From an uncultured Verrucomicrobiae bacterium (lineage in GTDB: Bacteria > Verrucomicrobiota > Verrucomicrobiia > Chthoniobacterales > JAFAMB01), in NCBI GenBank assembly GCA_963813025.1, contig CAWEXO010000004.1:32001-96000 (forward strand): DNA of 64,000 nucleotides, read 5' to 3'. The stretch's first letter is position 1, and each line of letters starts with the position of its first letter. The notes below the pieces were generated by a model, which had not been told where the DNA came from, searched no databases, and was given only the letters and a program-made list of their open reading frames with translations. A program made the translations under genes and the position numbers. Positions 9,989 through 18,761 of this stretch are shown piece after piece.

Positions 9989-11590
9989 TTACAGTTCAAC
10001 GATGTCCAAGAGCACGACTCCGGATCGACTGATTGTATGCAATGTATGCCCCCAGTCAGGCTCCGTCTGCTGTCTTTGACGGCGTAAGCTTAAATAGATT
10101 CTTGGCGCTTCTCCTGCTATCGCCCGCCGCAATCTCACGGCCGGCTGGGGTGGTGCCAACATGAAATAATCGGTTAGCTCTGGCAACGCATTCGAAGAAT
10201 AAATGATTTCCGACACTCCGGAGGGTCGGTAATATTCGCGCACCCAGATTGCTGCCTCGCGAAAGGCAGTACCCCAATATTCCAGCTCAAATTGTCTATT
10301 TGCTTGTGCTAATCCTCCTGCAACCAGCCGATTGAAGTAAATATACTCATAAGGATGCAGCGCGCGCATATCCATTATCGTTACTAGGACCAGAAACAGA
10401 TAGAGCCCCAACGTTACCGTCTGAACTGTCCTGTTCCTAACCACTTCCAAAAACGTGCATAGACCAAACGCCGCAAGGATTATTAGTGGGGGAATCGTGA
10501 AAAGCACATGTCTGAAATTGTCGTAGAGCGGCACATGCTTTAAGACGATAACCATCAGCGGACCGGCAGCTGCCGCCAAAATTATGCTTACCGCGAGGGA
10601 GTGGCGGTCAAGCACAACCCGCCTTGACAGGACTGCGCGCAGCCCTGAGACCAGGCCCAATAGCCAACTTAGCAGAATGAACTCGGGAAGGCAATTGGTT
10701 AACAGTACTGGCAAATAACCGTAGGGAAGTTGTGTCCACTTAATTAAATGACCTCCAAAAAAGACCGTGCTGTTCCACGGAAAGCTGGAAAACTCCTTTA
10801 GCGCGACAAAGGGAGCGCCGATAAACGGGAGTCCGAAGAATGGTGCTGTGAGATGCCGCTTCCAAGCAAAGGGCCAGCAGAATAGCATAACTAACCACGC
10901 CAGAAAGATGATCGCGACCACATGCGTCGCACCCGCTGTTACGAGATACCTAGCCAACACTCGGCGATCCTTGCTTTTAATATTCCAGAGCACGGAACAA
11001 AAAAGGCTGCCAATTAGAACAGGAAATAACGCGAGAGCAGCAACGCGCATTCCTAGCGCGGCACCCAGAAACACACCAGTTTTGGTCGTATGGCTCCATT
11101 TCAACTCGGGAAAATCGATCGCGATTCGAACAATGTGGCAAAGGCTTAGGACGTAAAGCGCGGCAAATGGGATATCTTTTGGGTTAATGAATTCGTGGCC
11201 GTAGTAGACAGGTGTCAGCGTCAGAAACAGTGCGGAAATAAGCCCAACCATCGGACCGAAAGCTAGTGTTCCGAGCTGAAATGTTGCCCAGACGCCGAGC
11301 AATCCGAAGAGAGCACTTGTTAGATTGCGGCCTTCGAGCCAACCCAGGTGTGTTAAGCGTGTCACGGCTGCCGACAGAAGTTCGAACAAACCTCCGTAAA
11401 GCCGAAGTTCGTGCGTTCGCGCAGCCGCGTTGCGGCCAAGGCTCTCATAGAAATCCAGAACCGCTTTACCGTACTCATGTTGAACCGGTTGGTCCCAGCT
11501 CATGCCGTAATCACCAAAGCTGAGCAAAATCACGACGAGATGGCATGTTAACAAAAGGGCAAATGCCTGATAGATGCGTTTGCTCGACAT
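9989..11590 (-). CDS. Polytopic membrane glycosyltransferase, GT-C fold (ArnT/PMT/GT39-like)
   Basis: DYGMSWDQ first-loop acidic motif, YYGHEFINPKDIP, many TM segments, YIYFN...EYWG. Confidence 0.75.
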   Translation of the reverse strand: MSSKRIYQAFALLLTCHLVVILLSFGDYGMSWDQPVQHEYGKAVLDFYESLGRNAAARTHELRLYGGLFELLSAAVTRLTHLGWLEGRNLTSALFGLLGVWATFQLGTLAFGPMVGLISALFLTLTPVYYGHEFINPKDIPFAALYVLSLCHIVRIAIDFPELKWSHTTKTGVFLGAALGMRVAALALFPVLIGSLFCSVLWNIKSKDRRVLARYLVTAGATHVVAIIFLAWLVMLFCWPFAWKRHLTAPFFGLPFIGAPFVALKEFSSFPWNSTVFFGGHLIKWTQLPYGYLPVLLTNCLPEFILLSWLLGLVSGLRAVLSRRVVLDRHSLAVSIILAAAAGPLMVIVLKHVPLYDNFRHVLFTIPPLIILAAFGLCTFLEVVRNRTVQTVTLGLYLFLVLVTIMDMRALHPYEYIYFNRLVAGGLAQANRQFELEYWGTAFREAAIWVREYYRPSGVSEIIYSSNALPELTDYFMLAPPQPAVRLRRAIAGEAPRIYLSLRRQRQQTEPDWGHTLHTISRSGVVLLDIVEL

Positions 11591-12143
11591 GGCTCATTTC
11601 GGGTCAAAGTAGCCCTTAATCTTGTTGTTACCGCCGGCTTTGGTCGAGAAGATTATCAGCGCTGCCAGTGCTAGTGCCAGTGTGAGTTGAAGACTCTTTG
11701 CGTCCGGTTTCGCGTTTGTGCGGGAGAAGGGTGGCGGACTAGGTCGCGTGTCTTAGCGATTTCTTTGCGCACAGAGGTAACGGAGCACACAGAGGGCGCC
11801 TTAGCCGTTGATCGGGCTTTGATGCCACTCGTAAGCTGCGCTTTCGCCAAAATAAGAAGATAAGAGAGGCGTTAGAGGAGCGCCGCGAATTCTGGCGAAC
11901 CGCTCGTCCTTCGCTAAAGCTTTCGAATCGGTGAAAATCTGTGTTAATCGGTAGTTCACCTTTCTGGTTCGCGTTGTGCGGGTAGGACAAGCTTCCAGGT
12001 TGTCAGGTTTCAGGACCGGCAGGATGGATCTGCCAGACTTTTGAGTTATCTGTGGCCCACGCGCTGGAGCTATGGTTCGGAAGGGAGGTTAGAGACTTGT
12101 CCCAACACGTCTTTGATTCTGTGCCGGTAGATACGGTCTTGGA

Positions 12144-12149
12144 TGTCAA
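12144..12149 (-). promoter_or_regulatory. -35 box (TTGACA) of the IS110 circle-junction promoter; partner -10 TACCTT at 13443-13448
   Basis: Joining the ends gives TTGACA-TCCAAGACCGTATCTTG-TACCTT, a 17-bp spacer. Confidence 0.8.
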
Positions 12150-13156
12150 GGGCATTGCTTTAAGGAATGGCGGGCCAGATTAGGGTTGTAGGGTTGTTGG
12201 TGAGAGAGAACACCGAAGGCGATGTGCAGGAGTTTTCGCATGACGGCACCGCGGATAGCCAGGGAGTGGAGCTTGCGTGACTCGAGACCTGCGGCCCATT
12301 GCTGGATGGGTTTACACCAGCGGCGAGCAACGGCGGCCGGCAAATAGAGTGCTTTGCGCAGGAAAGGGTTGCCGATTTTGCACAGGGTGGTTTTGCCGTA
12401 GAGCGAGACACCGGAACGGAATTCAGAAGGAGTCAGCCCAGCATAGGCCGCCAACTGCCGAGCCGATTGGAACTCTTTACCGGCCAGCTCGGCCAGCAGC
12501 TTGGCGGCCGTGAGCTGGGCAATGCCGGGAATAGAGCACAGCAGTTGGCTTTGGCGGCTTAAAGCCTGATCAGCCGCGACTAAGCCGAAGATGGCCGACT
12601 CCAGCTGAGCGATTTCTTTCTTGAGCTGGGCGAGTCGTTGGCCACGCTGTTGGCTGACAAGCTCGGGCAGCGCAATTGGGTAAGGGTCTTTTTTCACCCG
12701 GTTCTGTTCCCGGATGAGCTCGCCAACCCGGCTTTCGCGCTCCCGCACCAGCAGTTTGAATTCTTCCTCAAGGGGGCGCAGCGGCCGAGTGGCCAGTGGT
12801 TTTCGCTCCAGACAAAACTGGGCAATGATGGCCGCATCAACCCGATCATTTTTGGTGCGGCGCAGGACCGAGAAAGCAAAGTATTTGACTTGGGCGGGAT
12901 TGAGCACGCTGACCGCCAAGCCTGCTTGGTGCAGAGCGGCGATCAATCTCTTCCCGTAGACCCCGGTGGCTTCCAGGGCGAAGTGGATCTGGGAGAGCGG
13001 CCAAGAGCGGGCCTGGAGTTGGGCTAAAAATGCTCCAATGCCGGTCGCATCATTGCTGAACTTTCCCCGCCACAGGCGAGTGCCATTCTTGGAGAGCAGG
13101 CAAAAGTCAAAGCTTGCTTTTGCCATATCAATACCCATGCAGTAGCGTTTTTTCAT
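12146..13156 (-). CDS. IS110 family DEDD recombinase (336 aa)
   Basis: GIDMAK (D), LEATG (E), KNDRVDA (D,D) and AGLTPSEFRSG (catalytic Ser); ATG at 13156. Confidence 0.96.
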   Translation of the reverse strand: MKKRYCMGIDMAKASFDFCLLSKNGTRLWRGKFSNDATGIGAFLAQLQARSWPLSQIHFALEATGVYGKRLIAALHQAGLAVSVLNPAQVKYFAFSVLRRTKNDRVDAAIIAQFCLERKPLATRPLRPLEEEFKLLVRERESRVGELIREQNRVKKDPYPIALPELVSQQRGQRLAQLKKEIAQLESAIFGLVAADQALSRQSQLLCSIPGIAQLTAAKLLAELAGKEFQSARQLAAYAGLTPSEFRSGVSLYGKTTLCKIGNPFLRKALYLPAAVARRWCKPIQQWAAGLESRKLHSLAIRGAVMRKLLHIAFGVLSHQQPYNPNLARHSLKQCP

Positions 13157-13214
13157 CAGACAGGAATTCGCGTTGAATTGGTTCTTTGTTTGATGAAGCG
13201 CTTGGGCGCGCGCC

Positions 13215-13436
13215 TGCTGACAGAGCCTTGTGAACACGGCTTATGTTCCAACCCTGTTTGGAACGGCCTAAGATACGGTACGGTCTTATGCAGGTGCGGC
13301 ACGAGGAAGGGTGGACTAATCTACCGGACAGGTTCTACCGACCTTTGGGCGAGGCAGTTTCCCACCCTCCTCGGCCAAGTTCTTCACCTCCAGAGTTCCG
13401 CCCTTGCGGGCGGCTTTAAAAGGGAAAAAAATTTGG
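13215..13436 (-). ncRNA. IS110 bridge RNA (boundaries approximate)
   Basis: 5' hairpin at 13398-13413. Target loop has CCTCGCCCA (13354-13346) and CCGGTAG (13327-13321). Donor loop has ACCGTATCTT (13279-13270) and ACAAG (13231-13227). Each guide pair is separated by a small hairpin. Confidence 0.85.
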
Positions 13437-13490
13437 TGGGGCAAGGTACAAGGGCGAAAACTTGTTTGAGCCGTCTGGAGCGGGTGGCTC

Positions 13491-15034
13491 GGTAGTGTCC
13501 GCTTTTTTGTGTGCGGGTCGATTGGTGCTTTGCTGTTTAACTCCGGGCAAGTTGTTCTGAGGACGTCAGCTCGAGCCGGCGAGACCGCCCTCCAGGCGGT
13601 CGGTCCAGCGCCGGGCGAGCAGTGAGCAACACGCCTTGGTGTTGTTCAAGTCCTCGGCAACAACTTGCCACTTTTCTCTTTTCTTTCTCCATCACAGGCC
13701 GGCTTCCGTTGCCAGAAAGCGCTCGCCAAATTGGATGGCAAACTGGGTGGCCGCCAATTTCCAGGTGATCGGCGGATTTTTCCATTTTTTAGTGATGTTG
13801 CGTAGGGCGAAATAAATCAACTTAGTGGCAGCTTCATCATTGGGAAAATGACCTCTGGTTTTGAGCACCTTGCGCAATTGCATGTGCAAACTTTCGAATC
13901 GCGTTGGTCGTGTAAATGATCCGGCGAATTTCCGTTGGATAAGCAAAAAAGGAACGACTTGGTCCCATACTCTTCGCCAGCCCTGGACCACAGCTGGTAG
14001 TTTTTTACCCAACTCGCTTGCGCAAATTCCTCCAACCGTTTGGCGGCTAGCTCCGCCGTCTCGGCGTTGTAAATCGCTTCAGTTCCCGAGCCACGGGCTG
14101 ATGCTGTTTCCAGTTGCAGAAGGATAGTGAGTTGCGAATCAGATGCACAATACAGGTCTGGATTTGGGTCTCGGAAAAACCGCGGTAATGGCTTCCGGAA
14201 AACCTTTAAGCCCATCGATGACCGCGACCAAAATATCCTCCACCCCGCGATGTTGAAGTTCGTTCATGACCGCTAGCCAGAACTTGGCTCCCTCGGTTTG
14301 CTGGATCCACAGACCCAGCACCTCTTTGGTCCCGTCCCGCTGGATACCCAAGGCGAGGTAAACCGCTTTGTTTTTCACCGTTCCTTCGTCGCGGATTTTG
14401 ACCCTAAAGCGTCAAAGAAGATCACCGGATACATCGTCTCCAGGGGCCGGTTCTGCCACTCCAGCACATCCTCCAGGACCGAATCAGTTACCGTGCTGAT
14501 CAGATCGGCCGAGACCTCCACTTTGTATTGCTCTTCCAGAAGCGCCTTGATCTCCCGCACCGTCATACCTTGGGCGTACATCGCGATGATCTTGGAATCG
14601 CAGCCACCAAAGCGCTTCTGCCCTTTGCGGATGAACTGCGGTTCAAACCTCCGAGAGCCGATCCCGCGATACTCAATCTCTAGCTTTCCATCCTCACTGA
14701 GCAGAGTCTTTTTGCTGGTTCCGTTCCGATGGTTTTCCCGCAGCTGGTCGGCTTCCCGCTTGGGGGCTTGGCCCTTCCCATAACCCAGATAATGGGTCAG
14801 TCTCGGCTCCAAGCACCCGTTCGTACAGGCGCTTGGTAAGTTGCTTCCATGATCCCTCCCGGACCGGTCAAATCTTCCGGCCGCTCGTAGCCCTTCATCA
14901 GCTCTTCAATGATCGCCGGATCGATCTCCGGCTTCCTGCTTTGCTTTCCCTGCTCTGCTTGCTCTTTTTTCTTGGTCACTTCCATCTTCTTATCTCAAGT
15001 TGTGTGACCCACACACAAAATTTAAGACACCCTC
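13491..15034 (-). mobile_element. IS256-family element (1544 bp) with imperfect terminal IRs and 8-bp TSD GGTGGCTC
   Basis: Ends GGTAGTGTCCGCTTTTTTGTGTGCGGGTC and GAGGGTGTCTTAAATTTTGTGTGTGGGTC; GGTGGCTC at 13483-13490 and 15035-15042. Confidence 0.9.
13692..14985 (-). pseudogene. IS256 transposase, multiply frameshifted
   Basis: Consecutive ORF fragments carry [47 protein letters not shown] and RGHFPNDEAATKLIY. Confidence 0.9.
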
Positions 15035-15195
15035 GGTGGCTCACCCAGCGTCCGGCTCAAACAAGTTCTCGCTAATGCTCGAATAAATTTTCGCCCTGCC
15101 GGCACAGGGCAGTGCGGCATTCTGAGACGATCTCTAACTTTCACGCGGCCAATCGCTCGATGGCGTACCGCAGATTCCCAAAGTCCGACACGCTC
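15035..15195. repeat. Distal part of the family A repeat split by IS110 and IS256 (other parts at 12026-12128 and 13453-13490)
   Basis: The joined pieces align to the reverse complement of 6421-6667. Confidence 0.88.
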
Positions 15196-15263
15196 AGGAT
15201 TCCGGTGTTACTTGAGAGCCACTGGCACTAGCACTCACACTGCCACTGGCACTAATAGTGGCA

Positions 15264-17285
15264 CTAACTCCCCTCCGGCACCTTCAACACCGTTATTCCC
15301 CGATCCACCACTGCCGGCCAGCCCAGTTGCTCCAGAGCAACGCGGAGCGGCGCGGGCGTACCCGGACCGATCAGAATAGCGGTCACTCGATGGGTCGCGC
15401 AAAACGACCGGAGGTTTTCCGCGAAGTTCGGGCTGGGCTGTCCATGGAAGAAGTCTTGAACGCTCGGTAGACCTGCCTCGGCCTCCGGCACTGTCCCGAG
15501 GTAACCACCGGACTGGGTGAATCGCATCCGCGCTTGCAGTTGCCATAGCATGCTGGGCCCGGTCCACCCGTACGGGAGCATGACGACATTCGCGTTCTTT
15601 TTTTCTAGGACGGAATCGATGTGCGCCGGTTCGAAGAAAGGCTCCAGTGGAAGCATTGTCCAGCGGGTCAGGTCGCGATTGGGAAACAGGAAAACACAGG
15701 CCACGACGGCCACTCCCAATCGGAGCCAACCGAGAGCTTCACCTCCTGATTCCCGATTCCTGATTCCTGACTCCTGACTCCTTGCTCCTGGAGTTTCGAG
15801 CCAGATCGCAACCGCGATGGAGGCAAACAAAGCGACATGGAGTGAAAGTCTTATCGGTAAAGCTTGATGAATGAACGGCACCGGAAGGACAAGTCTCCAT
15901 GGCAACCACCAGCCGAGATCGACCCCAGCGACATGCAGCGCCGGCCCCAAACTCAGCACGACGACAATACCCAGGGTAGTGATCAACGCCCGGACCGCCG
16001 GCCGGTCTTTTGCCTGCCAGAACTGGACCGCCAAAAGGAGAATCAGCGGGAAGCCCAGGTAAGAGCCTTGCTCAAGCAAGTTGGCGGTGAACCTGGCCGT
16101 AATGGAAGTTGACTCTCGGTGTCCAAGCTGCGTAACCGAAGTGGGCACAAAGTAGTTCAGCAGATCCGCAGAATAGAACTCCGGATCGTTTAGTTGCAGC
16201 TTGATGTCGGAAAGATCTCGCAAAACGTAAAACAAAAGTGGAGCGGCCAATACCAGCATCACAAACAGGGCCAGACCGATTTCCCAGGCAAGAGCCCGGA
16301 GCTGCCGCCGCGCTGGCGCATCGCCGAACCCGTAAAAGACCAGCCAGGTCAGGGCGCCAATCAGGCAAGTCGTCGCCAGAATTTCGGTAGCGAGCCCGAA
16401 CTGCAACGCCAGTCCCAACCCCAGCAAGAGAATGAATGTCCAGCGCGAAAGCTTTCCCTCGTAGCGTTTGACGACAAGCAGCGAAAAGAGCGGGAGCAGA
16501 AAAACCAGAACTAGATTCAGGTGCCCGAGCAAATGGGCCAGCTCATAGGATGAAAACCCGAATAAATAGCCAGCGATCAAAGACGCCAGGAAACGGCGGA
16601 GCGTTTCACGTTTCACGTTTCGCGTTTCGCGGAGGTTAACCGGCAGGATGCCGGTGCCATTGGCCATTGGCGATCGTCCATCGGCTATTGCGAACGCAAG
16701 AAGATAGGCGGTCCAGGCGGACAACGCCGGCGCGACGAGCGCCAGCAGATTAAAGGCGACCCCCGGTCCCGCCGACAGCGTAATGGGGGTCAACGCGAGC
16801 GCGGCGACGGGCATCGAGGCTGCCCACATCATATTGAATCCGTGCGGATACCAGACGTAATAGCTGATGAACGGGTTCAGGTGATGCTGAATCGCCCAGG
16901 GCCACCAGTGGAGGAACCAGATATATGCCGTCGGATCCGTGCCCTGGCCGAAGTACGCGCGATCGAGAGGGACAGGTCCGAGAAAAAACCAGAAGGAAAG
17001 TCCGAGATAGATAAGGAATGCTGCGGCGTTGAGCAACCCGCGTTTCCGAAAAAGGGGAATCGCGCGAAGCGCGGCAGGTGTCGCAGCAGTGTCAGTTGTT
17101 TGCGATCTGCGATCTGCGATTTCGAACCGACACTGGCACCGGCACCTGACACACCAGGCCACAAAGGTCTCAAAGATATGGTTCACTCTACACCAACATT
17201 GTTTTCTCTTCTTCGTACTGCGGCCGATCAAAATCTTGTTTTTCCGGCAGGATTTTTGTTCATTCGCTCGCGAGAGCGAGAACAA
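15264..17285 (-). CDS. Polytopic membrane protein, probable GT-C glycosyltransferase (YfhO-like); true start probably downstream
   Basis: GTDPTAYIWFLHWW, FGFSSYELAHLLGHLN and SADLLNYFVP motifs; many TM helices; in-frame repeat-derived inserts. Confidence 0.7.
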   Translation of the reverse strand: MFSLSRANEQKSCRKNKILIGRSTKKRKQCWCRVNHIFETFVAWCVRCRCQCRFEIADRRSQTTDTAATPAALRAIPLFRKRGLLNAAAFLIYLGLSFWFFLGPVPLDRAYFGQGTDPTAYIWFLHWWPWAIQHHLNPFISYYVWYPHGFNMMWAASMPVAALALTPITLSAGPGVAFNLLALVAPALSAWTAYLLAFAIADGRSPMANGTGILPVNLRETRNVKRETLRRFLASLIAGYLFGFSSYELAHLLGHLNLVLVFLLPLFSLLVVKRYEGKLSRWTFILLLGLGLALQFGLATEILATTCLIGALTWLVFYGFGDAPARRQLRALAWEIGLALFVMLVLAAPLLFYVLRDLSDIKLQLNDPEFYSADLLNYFVPTSVTQLGHRESTSITARFTANLLEQGSYLGFPLILLLAVQFWQAKDRPAVRALITTLGIVVVLSLGPALHVAGVDLGWWLPWRLVLPVPFIHQALPIRLSLHVALFASIAVAIWLETPGARSQESGIRNRESGGEALGWLRLGVAVVACVFLFPNRDLTRWTMLPLEPFFEPAHIDSVLEKKNANVVMLPYGWTGPSMLWQLQARMRFTQSGGYLGTVPEAEAGLPSVQDFFHGQPSPNFAENLRSFCATHRVTAILIGPGTPAPLRVALEQLGWPAVVDRGITVLKVPEGS

Positions 17286-17696
17286 CGCCCCTCTCTGCGA
17301 CCTTTGGGCGCTTCTGTTAAATGTCTTTGGTAGTCTTATTTTCCTGCCGAGAAATTCGAAGATTTAAAGATCGCCGATGTCACAGCGCGGCGCAGCTGGA
17401 ACCAAAGCGGCCGCGCAGACTCCAGTGACAGGCTGGAAGCCTGTGCCACTTTTCCACGGCTGGGATCTCTGCAGCCTTTTTTACAGAGGCTTTCCGCTTG
17501 CCCTTCGAAGCCGGAATCGATACAGCTTGTTTCCGGGTCAAGGGTCGATCTTCTGTAACAGCTGCGCGGCACGCTTTTCGGCGGCGAGTTTGCCACCTAT
17601 TCCGCGACGGCTTCAATTCAGAACTCGGGTCTGATCACGGGCACGAATGCGCTGCAAATCAGGTTGGGCGCCGTAGCCTTGCGGAGGCGGCCTGCT

Positions 17697-17789
17697 CGGT
17701 AGGGATGAGCTCCTTGGGCAAGCTCCGGCTTGACCGCAGCGCGGTGGGGCCACCTCTCGATCTGGACGAGCCGGAGCTCATCCCTACCG
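17697..17789. repeat. GTAG-type REP doublet (family B)
   Basis: Perfect 16-bp IR CGGTAGGGATGAGCTC / GAGCTCATCCCTACCG. Confidence 0.8.
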
Positions 17790-17800
17790 CAGATAGCTTT

Positions 17801-17925
17801 TGCCCTGCACCGGTAGGGCGAAAATTTATTTGAGTCGGACCCTTGGGTGAGCCACCCGCTCCAGATCGCTCAAACAAGTCCTCGCCTACCGCTCGAATAA
17901 ATTCTCGCCACTACCGGCGCACGGT
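17801..17925. repeat. Family A REP doublet
   Basis: CCGGTAGGGCGAAAATTTATTTGAG...GCTCGAATAAATTCTCGCCACTACCGGCGC. Confidence 0.85.
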
Positions 17926-17930
17926 CCAGT

Positions 17931-18761
17931 CTAACCTTTGACCCGGCCCACTAACTGTGCGGGGTTGACCAAACGCAGTGCAAACAGCAGGCAAACCAGA
18001 CTCGTGACCATATAGATCACCGCCATTGCATCTACCGATTGTCCGGCCCGCACCCCCGCCGCAAAAACCGTATAGTAGAGCGCGACAACCAAGGTCTGAC
18101 TATCCGACCCGGCGGTCAGAAAAGTGAGCTCAAACATCGCCATCGTTCGGATTAGCACCAAAAGCCCGGCAGTTAGCATTCCAGGCGTCAGAAGCGGTAG
18201 CAGTACATGGACGAAGAGACGAAAAGTGTTTGCGCCAAAAACGCGAGCGGCCGCCTCCAGCCGAGGATCGATTTGCTCAACAAAAGGAGTCATGACTAAC
18301 ACGACAAAAGGCACGGAAGGCACCAGGTTCGCCAGGATAACTCCGAAGATTGTTCCAGCAAGATGTAATTGGTAAAGGACGGTGGCGAGCGGGATGCCGT
18401 AAGTCATCGGCGGAACAAGCAGCGGCAAGAGAAACAAGAAAAGCAGCGCTCGTCGCAGCCGAAAATTTCGGCGCGCTAAAGCGTAAGCGGCCGGCACACC
18501 CAGGAGTAAGGAAATAGCAACGACCGCAGCCACTACCTGAACTGTGACCAACAGGACAGAGTCGAGCTGGAACTCACTCCAGGCGGAAGCGTACCACCGA
18601 AAGGTAAAGCCGGCAGGCAGCCAGGTCCCCAGCCAGCGCGTCGCGAATGAATTAACCGCGACGGCGGAGATCAGCGCAAAAATGTTAAGAACAAAAAAGC
18701 CGGCTACCAGCCAAACCAGACCAACGCCAAAAGCGGCCAAACTCGGGACACGCGGTTTCAT
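17931..18761 (-). CDS. ABC importer permease (PotC-like)
   Basis: EAA loop DPRLEAAARVFGAN; six TM segments. Confidence 0.9.
   Translation of the reverse strand: MKPRVPSLAAFGVGLVWLVAGFFVLNIFALISAVAVNSFATRWLGTWLPAGFTFRWYASAWSEFQLDSVLLVTVQVVAAVVAISLLLGVPAAYALARRNFRLRRALLFLFLLPLLVPPMTYGIPLATVLYQLHLAGTIFGVILANLVPSVPFVVLVMTPFVEQIDPRLEAAARVFGANTFRLFVHVLLPLLTPGMLTAGLLVLIRTMAMFELTFLTAGSDSQTLVVALYYTVFAAGVRAGQSVDAMAVIYMVTSLVCLLFALRLVNPAQLVGRVKG

Larger units (their letters stand above)
12129..13452 (-). mobile_element. Complete IS110-family (IS621-like) element with CT core at both junctions
   Basis: Minus strand: TTTTCGCC-CT-TGTACC at the left end (13452) and ACCGTAT-CT-ACCGGCAC at the right end (12129). 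Removing the element restores a sequence identical to 63791-63826. Confidence 0.93.

Noticed and set aside
13157..13237. N-terminal extension of the IS110 ORF to 363 aa
   Set aside because: It overlaps the bridge RNA donor loop; ATG 13156 puts the first catalytic Asp at the usual position
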